A DNA stretch of 13,152 nucleotides from Candidatus Eiseniibacteriota bacterium (GTDB lineage Bacteria > Arandabacterota > Arandabacteria > Arandabacterales > Arandabacteraceae): NCBI GenBank assembly GCA_043810925.1, contig JBDRNT010000065.1:1-13152 (forward strand). Reading direction: 5' to 3'. Under the pieces are notes generated by a model that saw only the letters and a program-made list of their open reading frames with translations, did no database searches and was not told where the DNA came from. This document shows, one piece after another, positions 1-7,632 of this stretch. Position 1 is the first letter of the stretch. Each line of letters opens with the position of its first letter. Made by a program: the position numbers and the translations under genes.

Positions 1-71
1 GCCGCTGTCTGAGTCACAAGCAGACCACAGCTCATGAGTGCCGCTAGAACGAGAGCTGCTCGGCACGTCAT
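1..71 (-). CDS. 5' end of a putative exported protein (runs off the left edge); not in the supplied ORF track
   Basis: Minus strand reads AGGAGG (82-77), 5 nt, then ATG at 71. Translation MTCRAALVLAALMSCGLLVTQTAA... looks like a signal peptide (basic residue, then hydrophobic stretch). A good promoter lies upstream. Confidence 0.65.
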   Translation of the reverse strand, partial: MTCRAALVLAALMSCGLLVTQTA

Positions 72-169
72 AACAGCCTCCTGGTGCGTCCAACGAAGAA
101 GAGGCAATACGCTTACGACATCTCGGCGTATGAAAAAACCATCGTATAAACTGAACATCGCACCGTTGA

Positions 170-198
170 AGTGTACCACAGCCCGGGCGTCGTGTCAA
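170..198 (-). promoter_or_regulatory. sigma70-type promoter for the gene starting at 71
   Basis: Minus strand: TTGACA (198-193), 17 nt, TACACT (175-170), with TG just upstream of the -10 (TGG-TACACT). Confidence 0.7.
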
Positions 199-302
199 TT
201 GCTCGCCTCAGTCTCCCGGCGCGGCGAAATGGCCACACGCTTAGGCTGCAATCAGTTTGTAGAACCTCACTGGATGGGTCAAGCCGCCTCTTGGCCCGGG
301 AC

Positions 303-429
303 AATTCGGTGAGGACGATTCGGTGACAGTTACCTGATTATCACGTATGTAATTTGGTGACAGTCTGCAAATTGCCGAGTCAGATCTTCCCCGTGGCCGA
401 GCAGATAATTAGTAAGCTGGCACCGAATT
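303..429. repeat. REP/MITE-like palindromic repeat cluster (AATTCGGTGACAGT family), copy 1
   Basis: AATTCGGTGA (303-312), ATTCGGTGACAGTTACCTGATT (318-339), AATTTGGTGACAGTCTGCAAATT (351-373) and the inverted copy AATTAGTAAGCTGGCACCGAATT (407-429). The inverted copy overlaps the arcC stop codon. Confidence 0.7.
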
Positions 430-1387
430 ACTGGGTGAAGTGGGTGCCGGTCTTGCCGAGGAGGGCTTTTTCGATGCTGGGTGGGTCGGTGACAATCGCC
501 TCTTTGCCACCGTGCTCCAGGAACTCGATGATTGCCCGGATCTTTGGCGCCATGCTGCCTTCCGAGAAGTGCCCTCCTCTTGCCAGATACTCTCTGGCCC
601 CGGCAAGCGTCACGCGGTCGAGCGGCTTTTCATCCGGTTGGCCGAAATTGAGATACACCTTCTCGACGGAGGTCGCTATCAAGAGGAGATCCGCCCCTAT
701 CTGCCGCGCAAGAAGCGATGATGTGTAATCCTTATCAATCACCGCAGCGGTGCCCTTGAGGTTGCCCTCCTCATCTGCGACAACGGGAATGCCCCCGCCC
801 CCGCCCGCCACCACTATGATGCCTGCGTCTAAGAGGTTCCTGATTGCCGCTTCCTCCACGATACGGATGGGCTTTGGTGACGGCACGACGCGCCGCCAGC
901 CGCGACCCGCATCCATGCAGACATTCCAACCATCACATTTCCGCCGGCCCTGGGCGACTTCCTCCGTCATGAACACCCCTATCGGTTTCTCCGGATTCTC
1001 GAATGCCGGATCACCGGGATCAACCTCGACCTGGGTGACCACGGTGGCCACAGTCCGTTTCATGCCACGGCGCAGGAACTCATTATAGAGATTCTGCTGC
1101 ACCGCATAACCTATAGAACCCTGAGTGTCGGCGTCGCAGGCATCGAGCGGCACTTCATGCAACTCGTGGGCGGAAAGTTCCGAGCGACGAAGGATGAAAC
1201 CCACCTGGGGACCGTTGCCGTGTGTTATCGCAACGGTCCATCCATGCTCGATCATGTCGGCTATATGAATGCAGGTCTCGTGGGCTGCCGCGTACTGGTC
1301 CTGGACAGTCATGTGCGCCTTGTCCGAGATCAGCGAGTTTCCACCGATTGCGACAACCGCAAGTTTATGTTTGGTGTTGGGAGCCAT
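428..1387 (-). CDS. arcC: carbamate kinase
   Basis: Motifs VVAIGGNSL, ITHGNGPQVG, DTQGSIGY, PEKPIG, DAGRGWRRVVPSPKP, GGGGIPV, AVIDKD and GSMAPKI. ATG at 1387 overlaps the upstream TGA (TGATG, translational coupling); GTG at 1390 is an alternative start. Confidence 0.96.
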   Translation of the reverse strand: MAPNTKHKLAVVAIGGNSLISDKAHMTVQDQYAAAHETCIHIADMIEHGWTVAITHGNGPQVGFILRRSELSAHELHEVPLDACDADTQGSIGYAVQQNLYNEFLRRGMKRTVATVVTQVEVDPGDPAFENPEKPIGVFMTEEVAQGRRKCDGWNVCMDAGRGWRRVVPSPKPIRIVEEAAIRNLLDAGIIVVAGGGGGIPVVADEEGNLKGTAAVIDKDYTSSLLARQIGADLLLIATSVEKVYLNFGQPDEKPLDRVTLAGAREYLARGGHFSEGSMAPKIRAIIEFLEHGGKEAIVTDPPSIEKALLGKTGTHFTQ

Positions 1388-2424
1388 CACTCAGGTTTCT
1401 CGTCTCCCATCGTAAGCGCCATGACGGCCTTCTGGGCGTGAAGCCGGTTCTCCGCCACGTCGTAGATACATGACCTTTCACCACTGGCAACGTCATCGGT
1501 CACCTCGTGCCCCCTGTCGATGGGCATCGGGTGAGTGAAGATCGCATCCTCGGTAAGCGCCATCTTAGCGGTATCACAGATCCAGTCGGTGTATTTCAGG
1601 GCTTTCTCAATCTCTTGTTGCCTCTGAAACTCGCCACCGATGTATGCCTTGGGACTCATCCAGTTACGTGAATACACAACGTGGGCGCCCTTGTAGCCCG
1701 CTTCTGCATCGTTCGTCATCGAAAGCGTCGCTCCGTTGGCTTTGCAGTTCTCGTGGGTCCATCTGATGATTTCCCCGTCGAGATCATACCCCTCAGGAGC
1801 GGCAACCGTGACGTCCATGCCGAAACGGGAACCTATGAGCATGGCCTCCTGGATGCTACACAGCGAACGGGCAAGCGCTCCGTGCCCCCACGTCACCAGG
1901 AGCTTTTTACCCTTGACGGCCGCGGGGTCGAACCCACCACCGGGAGTAAGCCACTCGATCCACCCCATGATGTCGGCCAGTCCCTGGCAGGGATGGAACT
2001 TGTCATGCGCCATCGAAACCACAGGTATGTCGGCCCACTGGGCATACTCGCGGATCAACTCCTCGCCCTCGCCATACGCGCTCACCTTATCTTCGAGAAT
2101 TCTGATCCCCAGACCGCAGGCATATCTGCTCATCACCCTGGCCGCGTCCTCGATGGTCTCCCCCGCAGTGGTCGCCGTCTTCAGACGCATGCTCTTGGGT
2201 TCAAGAAACTGTGCATGTCCCCCGAGCTCTGTTGCCGCACACTCAAAGCTCTGCCGGGTGCGAACCGACGGGTTATAGAAAAACATAAAGAAGGTGCGGT
2301 CCTTAAGGACATTCGTATAGCCGTAACGGTCGCTCTTCATCTTGACGGCCAGATCGAGCGCCGCCAGCAACTCCTCGTGCGACCAGTCCTGGGTCGTAAC
2401 CAGATCGCGTCCCTTTAGAGTCAC
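1387..2424 (-). CDS. ornithine/aspartate carbamoyltransferase-family protein (divergent, knotted AOTCase/YgeW-like); substrate unknown
   Basis: FYNPSVRTR (STRT-type carbamoyl-phosphate motif), HPCQGLAD, HPMP (in place of HCLP) and AENRLHAQKA. Likely start is GTG at 2424 (VTLKGRDL), preceded by GGAGG at the end of the upstream gene, rather than the ORF-track start at 2514. Confidence 0.88.
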   Translation of the reverse strand: MTLKGRDLVTTQDWSHEELLAALDLAVKMKSDRYGYTNVLKDRTFFMFFYNPSVRTRQSFECAATELGGHAQFLEPKSMRLKTATTAGETIEDAARVMSRYACGLGIRILEDKVSAYGEGEELIREYAQWADIPVVSMAHDKFHPCQGLADIMGWIEWLTPGGGFDPAAVKGKKLLVTWGHGALARSLCSIQEAMLIGSRFGMDVTVAAPEGYDLDGEIIRWTHENCKANGATLSMTNDAEAGYKGAHVVYSRNWMSPKAYIGGEFQRQQEIEKALKYTDWICDTAKMALTEDAIFTHPMPIDRGHEVTDDVASGERSCIYDVAENRLHAQKAVMALTMGDEKPE

Positions 2425-2429
2425 GGTTT

Positions 2430-3500
2430 CTATTTCCCTCCCATCAGGAGCGTCATGATCGCCTTGTGCGCATGCAGGCGGTTCTCGGCCTCGTCGAATA
2501 TCGCAGATCTCCACCCGCTCTTGACATCGGTCCTGTCCATAACGTCATTGTTGACTTCGTAGCCGCGGTCCGCCGGCAGGCAGTGCATATAGATCGCTTC
2601 CTGGTCAGCGGTCTCCATCAGCTCGGATGTCATCTTCCAGCTCTTGTACTTGTTGAATATCTCGAGTGTCTTCTCCGGATTGTTCTCACCGACCGGGGGC
2701 GGGAAGATGGGGGTTGCTGCCCAAGCCTTTGGATACACCACATGTGCCCCCTCGAACGCCGATTCGAAGTCGTTTGTGACGCTGAAAGTGGTACGGTTCA
2801 TCCTGGCATTGGCTTCGCACGCGGCCAGAATCTCGGGATCGAGCTCCATCTCCGGAGGATGGGCGAGCACCGTCTCACAACCCATCAGTGACGCGGCGAT
2901 AATGACGCTCTGGGGAACTGCACGGGGCTTATGCACGCTCGGGCTATAGGCCCAGCTCATGACGAACTTGACACCCTTGAAGGTGCCGAACTTCTCTTTG
3001 ACCGTCATCACATCGGCCAGTGCCTGGCATGGATGATACTTATCGCATTCCATATTTATCACGGGAACATCCGACCAGCGGGCGAACTCCTGCATCATCG
3101 CATGGGCACCGCCATACTCCCAGTCCACCGGATCGCCGTAACAGCGGATCGCGATCCCATCACCGGTGCGGCTTAAGACCCTTGCGACGTCTGAGACACG
3201 TTCGGTGATATACGCGATTTCCTTACCCTCAAGCGCGGGCGTGTAGATCTTGGAGGGATCCAGGAAATGGGCGTGCCCGCCGAGCTGTGTCATACCCGCT
3301 TCAAATGTGTTCCGGGTGCGCAGGCTCTGGTTGTAGAAGATCATGAACAGGGTCTGCGCGCGCAACAGATGATCATGGGGCTCGCGCAGTGCGAACCGGC
3401 GCTTGAGATCGAATGCGACATCAAGCATGGTCTCTACCTGTTCCTTGTCCCAGTCCCGCAGGGTCATGTAGTCTTTGCCTCTAAAACTGTCTGTTCTCAT
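2430..3500 (-). CDS. knotted carbamoyltransferase, YgeW-like
   Basis: FYNQSLRTR, HPCQALAD, YMHCLPADRG and EAENRLH. The segment MSWAYSPSVHKPRAVPQS resembles the YgeW-type WAYSPSxxKPxxVPQ proline-rich loop. Confidence 0.9.
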   Translation of the reverse strand: MRTDSFRGKDYMTLRDWDKEQVETMLDVAFDLKRRFALREPHDHLLRAQTLFMIFYNQSLRTRNTFEAGMTQLGGHAHFLDPSKIYTPALEGKEIAYITERVSDVARVLSRTGDGIAIRCYGDPVDWEYGGAHAMMQEFARWSDVPVINMECDKYHPCQALADVMTVKEKFGTFKGVKFVMSWAYSPSVHKPRAVPQSVIIAASLMGCETVLAHPPEMELDPEILAACEANARMNRTTFSVTNDFESAFEGAHVVYPKAWAATPIFPPPVGENNPEKTLEIFNKYKSWKMTSELMETADQEAIYMHCLPADRGYEVNNDVMDRTDVKSGWRSAIFDEAENRLHAHKAIMTLLMGGK

Positions 3501-3616
3501 GATCGATACCCTTTCCGGTTACTCCCGAACTTAAGTTTCTCTCCAGCCGCAGGTCTCCTCCCCGGCGACTGAGTGATCCTCCAGCGTGGTCGCGGGGGGA
3601 TAACTGCAATAAGGTG

Positions 3617-3644
3617 ATTATAATGAACCCCCGTCGGTTGTCAA
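3617..3644 (-). promoter_or_regulatory. consensus sigma70 promoter for the carbamoyltransferase-carbamate kinase operon
   Basis: Minus strand: TTGACA (3644-3639), 16 nt, TATAAT (3622-3617). Both hexamers are perfect consensus. Confidence 0.8.
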
Positions 3645-3690
3645 GACCACCCGGCCATGATAGATCCGACCCACCGGGCGTTCGTACCAT

Positions 3691-3719
3691 TTGATTTCAG
3701 TTTACGACAGTATTAGATT
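3691..3719 (+). promoter_or_regulatory. putative sigma70 promoter for the PLP enzyme gene
   Basis: TTGATT (3691-3696), 17 nt, TAGATT (3714-3719), about 40 nt upstream of the start codon. Confidence 0.5.
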
Positions 3720-3758
3720 CATTTGAGATCAAAGCAGGCTGGAAAGGAGCTGATCCAC

Positions 3759-5225
3759 ATGACCACAAAGGAACAGGTGCTTGAGAACACGGTAAGACGA
3801 TGCAGGGAAAGGGATATCATAATCCCGACCTATGACCAGATGAGAAACCCTGAGAAGGTCCCCCAGGGCATAAAGGACGAGCTTAAGAACGTCGGGCTCT
3901 GGGATCTTCACTCGAGAAACCTCTTCAGGATAACCTGGAAGAACGAGCCGGTGAAGCACGGCGGAGGTTTCGGCGGTGTCAACTTCCTTGAGATCCCCAG
4001 CGAACTCAGTGGTGTTAAGGCGAGGATCATCATCATCCTCGGCAAGTTCTTTCCGACGGGCTCTCATAAGGTGGGTGCAACCTTCGGGCCGCTGGTAGAG
4101 AAACTTGTGCGCGGTGAGTTTGATCCCACGACCCAGAAAGCCCTCTGGCCTTCGACCGGAAACTACTGCCGCGGTGGAGCATACAACTCATATCTCCTGG
4201 GATGTCCGGCAATTGCAGTGCTACCCGAGGGTATGTCGAGGGAACGCTTCGAGTGGCTTGAGAAAGTCGGCTCGGAAATCTATGCCACCCCCGGCAGCGA
4301 AAGCAATGTCAAGGAAGTCTATGATAAGACCCACGAACTTAAGAGTGAAAGACCGGACGAGATAGTTGTCCTCAACCAGTTCGAGCAGATGGGCAATCCC
4401 ATCTGGCACTATGCCGTGACCGGACCCGCACTGGAAGAGGTCTACGAGCAGGAAAAGAAGGGTCAGGCAAGGTTCTCAGGCGTCTTTCTCACCCAGGGCT
4501 CCGCGGGTACGCTTGGATGCACTGACTACCTCAGGAAGAAGTTCCCACTGGTCAAGGTGTGTGCGGGAGAGGCGCAGCAGTGTCCGACTCTTCTCCTGAA
4601 TGGTTTCGGCGCGCACCGTATCGAGGGGATCGGCGATAAGCATGTGCCGTGGGTCCACAACATGAAGAACATGGATATGGTGGCGAGCATAGATGACGAT
4701 CATTGCATCCGGTTGATACGGCTCTTCAACGAACCGGCCGGTAAGAAGTATCTCGCAAAGATGGGTGTCGAGAAGAGCCTGATAGACAATCTCGATCTCT
4801 TCGGCATTTCATCCGTGGCCAACTTGCTCGGCACCATAAAAATGGCCAAATACTATGAGATGAACGAAAACGACATGCTCTTTACGATCGCCACCGACTC
4901 CATGGAACTCTACCAGTCGAGGTTAAAGGAACTCCACGACGAATACGGTGAGTATTCCGAGTTGGATGCGGCAAGGGACTTCGAGCTTTGCCTGGTGGGT
5001 CAGACGTTTGACTGGCTTCTGGAGCTCTCCTACTGGGACAAGAAGCGTATGCACAATCTCAAGTACTTCACATGGATTGAGCAGCAGGGCAAGACCGTGG
5101 AGGAGCTCGATGCCCAGTGGTATGACGATGTCTACTGGAAAGTCCAGCTCAGCTCTTTCAAAGAGTGGGACAGCCGCATAAAGGAGTTTAACGAGCGAAC
5201 CGGTCTCCTCAAGAAGTATCAATGA
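3759..5225 (+). CDS. pyridoxal-5'-phosphate-dependent enzyme, fold type II (cysteine synthase/threonine dehydratase-like superfamily) with long N- and C-terminal extensions
   Basis: FPTGSHKVG (PLP lysine), PSTGNY, VVLNQF, GSAGTLG (phosphate loop) and HRIEGIG. ATG at 3759 follows an AAGGAG RBS. Confidence 0.88.
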   Translation: MTTKEQVLENTVRRCRERDIIIPTYDQMRNPEKVPQGIKDELKNVGLWDLHSRNLFRITWKNEPVKHGGGFGGVNFLEIPSELSGVKARIIIILGKFFPTGSHKVGATFGPLVEKLVRGEFDPTTQKALWPSTGNYCRGGAYNSYLLGCPAIAVLPEGMSRERFEWLEKVGSEIYATPGSESNVKEVYDKTHELKSERPDEIVVLNQFEQMGNPIWHYAVTGPALEEVYEQEKKGQARFSGVFLTQGSAGTLGCTDYLRKKFPLVKVCAGEAQQCPTLLLNGFGAHRIEGIGDKHVPWVHNMKNMDMVASIDDDHCIRLIRLFNEPAGKKYLAKMGVEKSLIDNLDLFGISSVANLLGTIKMAKYYEMNENDMLFTIATDSMELYQSRLKELHDEYGEYSELDAARDFELCLVGQTFDWLLELSYWDKKRMHNLKYFTWIEQQGKTVEELDAQWYDDVYWKVQLSSFKEWDSRIKEFNERTGLLKKYQ

Positions 5226-5232
5226 TAAACAA

Positions 5233-5250
5233 GCGACGGAAGTCGTCTTT
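5233..5250 (+). terminator. weak hairpin downstream of the PLP enzyme gene
   Basis: GCGAC-GGAA-GTCGT followed by CTTT, 8 nt after the stop. The stem is short and the U-tract poor. Confidence 0.3.
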
Positions 5251-5284
5251 GTCAGGCGGTTCAAGCGTCGGACGCAGGACAGAT

Positions 5285-5358
5285 AATTCGGTGACAGTTC
5301 ACGAATTCTTGGAATATGCCCGGCGAAGGATGGTCAATTAGTCGACTGTCACCGAATT
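5285..5358. repeat. REP/MITE-like palindromic element (AATTCGGTGACAGT family), copy 2
   Basis: AATTCGGTGACAGTTCACGAATT (5285-5307) and inverted AATTAGTCGACTGTCACCGAATT (5336-5358). The outer 14 bp are a perfect IR, with a 28-bp spacer. Same family as 303-429. Confidence 0.75.
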
Positions 5359-5364
5359 GCACAA

Positions 5365-5398
5365 CGGGCCATTGAAGAGATGATACTCCAATGGCCCG
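5365..5398. repeat. inverted repeat/hairpin next to the IS630 insertion site
   Basis: CGGGCCATTG (5365-5374) and CAATGGCCCG (5389-5398) form a perfect 10-bp stem. Confidence 0.55.
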
Positions 5399-5407
5399 GT
5401 TCTATAA

Positions 5408-6550
5408 CTAGTGTAGTGTCTCAGTAATACCTTGACAATATCCACTACCCGTGATACAAACGGGATTATGTGGAAACCAACCGATGCTCTCGTGATTACC
5501 TCCGAACAACGAAGAACCCTGGAAGCCTGGGTGCGTGCCAGGACGACACCGCAGCGCGTGGTCCTGCGCTCGCACATCTGTCTACTCGCCGCCGATGGAA
5601 AATCCAACAATGCGATTGCCCATCAATTGGGAACCTCCCGGCCCACCGTTATTCTCTGGCGCAGTCGATTCAAAGAACAGGGCCCCCGGGGCCTGGCCGA
5701 AGATGCACCCCACGGCCCCAGCCCCCAACGTTTGCATGCGGCCAAGATCAAGGAAATCGTAGAAAGAACCTTGCATACCACACCCACCGATGCGACCCAT
5801 TGGAGTACGCGAACGCTGGCCAAAGAACTCAGAGTCAGCCATTCCACGGTCGCGCGGGTTTGGGATGCGCACGGTTTGCAACCTCACCGTGTGAGAACTT
5901 TCAAATTGTCCAGAGATAAACAGTTCGTCGAGAAGCTCACCGATGTCGTGGGACTGTATTTGAACCCACCGGACAAAGCCATGGTGCTTTGTGTAGACGA
6001 GAAGTCCCAGGTTCAGGCCCTGGACCGCACACAACCCGGATTGCCCATGAAAAAGGGTCGCTGTGCAACGATGACCCATGATTACAAGCGCAACGGAACA
6101 ACGTGTTTGTTCGCCGCGCTCAATGTCTTGGACGGTACGGTGATTGGTACCTGTTATCCCCGCCATCGACACGAAGAGTTTCTCAAGTTCCTGCGCAAGG
6201 TTGACCGGGAGGTGCCCAGAACTCTCGATCTCCATCTGATCCTGGACAATTATGGGACGCACAAACATCCGAACGTCAAACGGTGGCTTAAAAAACATCC
6301 GCGCTTTCACTTGCACTTTACCCCAACCAGTTCCTCCTGGCTCAACCTGATCGAACGCTGGTTCGCTGAAATCACTCGCAAGCGGATTCGAAGAGGTGTG
6401 TTCCGAAGCGTTCCTGAACTCATTGCTGCCATCGAAGAATTCATTGAGATCAACAATCAGAATCCAAAACCCTTTACATGGACCAAGAAAGTGGACGAGA
6501 TATTGGAAAAAGTCGGCCATTGTAAAGCCGTTATTGAGACACTACACTAG
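5408..6550 (+). mobile_element. IS630-family insertion sequence, apparently intact
   Basis: Left end CTAGTGTAGTGTCTCAGTAATACCTTGACAAT versus reverse complement of the right end CTAGTGTAGTGTCTCAATAACGGCTTTACAAT. CTAG (containing the TA target typical of IS630) occurs at both ends (5408-5411, 6547-6550). TTGACA-N17-TACAAA lies just inside the left end. Confidence 0.93.
5468..6550 (+). CDS. IS630-family DDE transposase
   Basis: HTH region (SNNAIAHQLGTSRPTV), THWSTRTLA, and catalytic motifs CVDEKSQVQAL, LILDNYGTHK and SSWLNLIERWF. Likely start is ATG 5468. The stop TAG lies in the terminal CTAG. Confidence 0.95.
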   Translation: MWKPTDALVITSEQRRTLEAWVRARTTPQRVVLRSHICLLAADGKSNNAIAHQLGTSRPTVILWRSRFKEQGPRGLAEDAPHGPSPQRLHAAKIKEIVERTLHTTPTDATHWSTRTLAKELRVSHSTVARVWDAHGLQPHRVRTFKLSRDKQFVEKLTDVVGLYLNPPDKAMVLCVDEKSQVQALDRTQPGLPMKKGRCATMTHDYKRNGTTCLFAALNVLDGTVIGTCYPRHRHEEFLKFLRKVDREVPRTLDLHLILDNYGTHKHPNVKRWLKKHPRFHLHFTPTSSSWLNLIERWFAEITRKRIRRGVFRSVPELIAAIEEFIEINNQNPKPFTWTKKVDEILEKVGHCKAVIETLH

Positions 6551-6809
6551 GTCGCAGGCAAGATGGGCAGGAGGGGTGCGATAGCGGGTGGGGTCGGGAG
6601 CATGGGTGCCACCGCCTTGCCATCTGTCCACACCTTTGCTGTCGCAACCCCAGCACACGAATACACTCCACTCCTGCTGGGCATCAATGACCGCGCAGTC
6701 ACTCTCTCCGGTCGCGCTTGTAAGTACGACCCCGGCCTTAATGTTTGCGGTACGGCCTGCTTCCATCAACACGACCTCGACTTAATCTACACATCATCCC
6801 ACGTAGTGA

Positions 6810-7457
6810 TCACTGCTGGCTGTCACTCTCTGGTTCCTCTACGCCGACCAGGGTCCGTGGCAGGAACAAGGCCAGCGCGTTGCCCGCCGCATGCGCCACG
6901 ACGCAGGCCAAGAGCGAGCACCCTAGAACGAGACCTCCCCCCAGGATCGCCCCGTAGCCCATGACGACGAGCGCGCCGCCAAACCCCTTCTCGAAGTGCA
7001 GGAGACCGAACAGAACCGCGCTGATCCCGAGTCCCCAGCCGACGCTCGTGTAGAATGAGACCGCGGAAAGCACCACTCCGCGAAACACGAACTCCTCCAC
7101 CACCGCTGCGCATGCGATAAGGTAGAGCGCGGTTGCCATCTCTCCGTGGTTCGGCCTCCACTCCTCACGGGAGACGACGGCTCCCTTCGCGAAGAGGCGC
7201 TGGATGCCCATTGTCCAGGCGACCATGGCCAGGATCATCATGGGAGCAGCCACCGCGTCGAGCGCTCGTACAGAAGCCGCCTTGACCACGATCCACGCGG
7301 TCACCTCCGCCGTGACCCGTGACCGCGACGCCAGGGATTGCGCCCGTTCCGATCCGACCAAGCTGACGACCAGGGCGATCGCCGCCAGCAACCCAATGGT
7401 CTGGTTCACGACAAGCGAGCGAACCGAAGGGGATCTTACTGGTCGTGTGGCGGACAC
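6810..7457 (-). CDS. CPBP family intramembrane glutamic endopeptidase (CAAX protease/Abi family)
   Basis: Several hydrophobic helices and the motifs EEFVFRG, SAVLFGLLH and AHAAGN. GTG start with GAGGAG about 10 nt upstream. Confidence 0.88.
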   Translation of the reverse strand: MSATRPVRSPSVRSLVVNQTIGLLAAIALVVSLVGSERAQSLASRSRVTAEVTAWIVVKAASVRALDAVAAPMMILAMVAWTMGIQRLFAKGAVVSREEWRPNHGEMATALYLIACAAVVEEFVFRGVVLSAVSFYTSVGWGLGISAVLFGLLHFEKGFGGALVVMGYGAILGGGLVLGCSLLACVVAHAAGNALALFLPRTLVGVEEPESDSQQ

Positions 7458-7491
7458 CTTGCGATTGCTCCTCTCTCAACAAGCCGTGCGC

Positions 7492-7523
7492 AGCCAACTA
7501 CGACGTATGCTGATCCGTATAAC
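7492..7523 (-). other. putative attI-like recombination site, leftward-facing
   Basis: Minus strand GTTATACGGATCAGCATACGTCGTA-GTTGGCT. Matches 18 of 24 nt of the rightward site (7837-7860) and ends in the same AGTTGGC core, about 40 nt before the CPBP start. Confidence 0.55.
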
Positions 7524-7574
7524 GGCGCTTTGTACAGCGCCGGAGCAGTGTAGTACTCAGAGGTTCATACTCCC

Positions 7575-7603
7575 CAAATACATCAGTCTCAAGGGATTGT
7601 CAA
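7575..7603 (-). promoter_or_regulatory. putative Pc-like promoter, leftward
   Basis: TTGACA (7603-7598), 17 nt, TATTTG (7580-7575). Matches 23 of 30 nt of the rightward promoter. The -10 is non-consensus at its last position. Confidence 0.55.
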
Positions 7604-7632
7604 CTTCCTTCCAGCCTTGGTAGTTCTTACAT

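Noticed and set aside
34-312. 92-aa plus-strand ORF at the left edge
   Set aside because: No RBS or motif. The promoter, RBS and signal-peptide evidence favours a minus-strand gene starting at 71.
303-429. Short repeated units read as a mini-CRISPR
   Set aside because: The units are degenerate, irregularly spaced and include an inverted copy, and no cas genes are present.
2425-2514. N-terminal extension of the second carbamoyltransferase given by the ORF track
   Set aside because: It overlaps the upstream gene. GTG at 2424 has a proper RBS and aligns with the paralogue's N-terminus (xKGRD/FRGKD).
5582-6520. 312-aa antisense ORF inside IS630
   Set aside because: It is a shadow frame of the transposase with no recognisable motifs.
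6609-6636. CCGCCTTGCCATC...CACACCTTT resembles the 3' part of the local attC family
   Set aside because: The match is short, lacks a GTT core and R'' box, and is on the wrong strand to serve the CPBP gene. It could be chance or a very decayed remnant.
6542-6964. Small ORFs between IS630 and the CPBP gene (6542-6772 minus, 6563-6964 plus)
   Set aside because: No recognisable domain, and they overlap the IS end or the CPBP gene. I cannot support them as genes.
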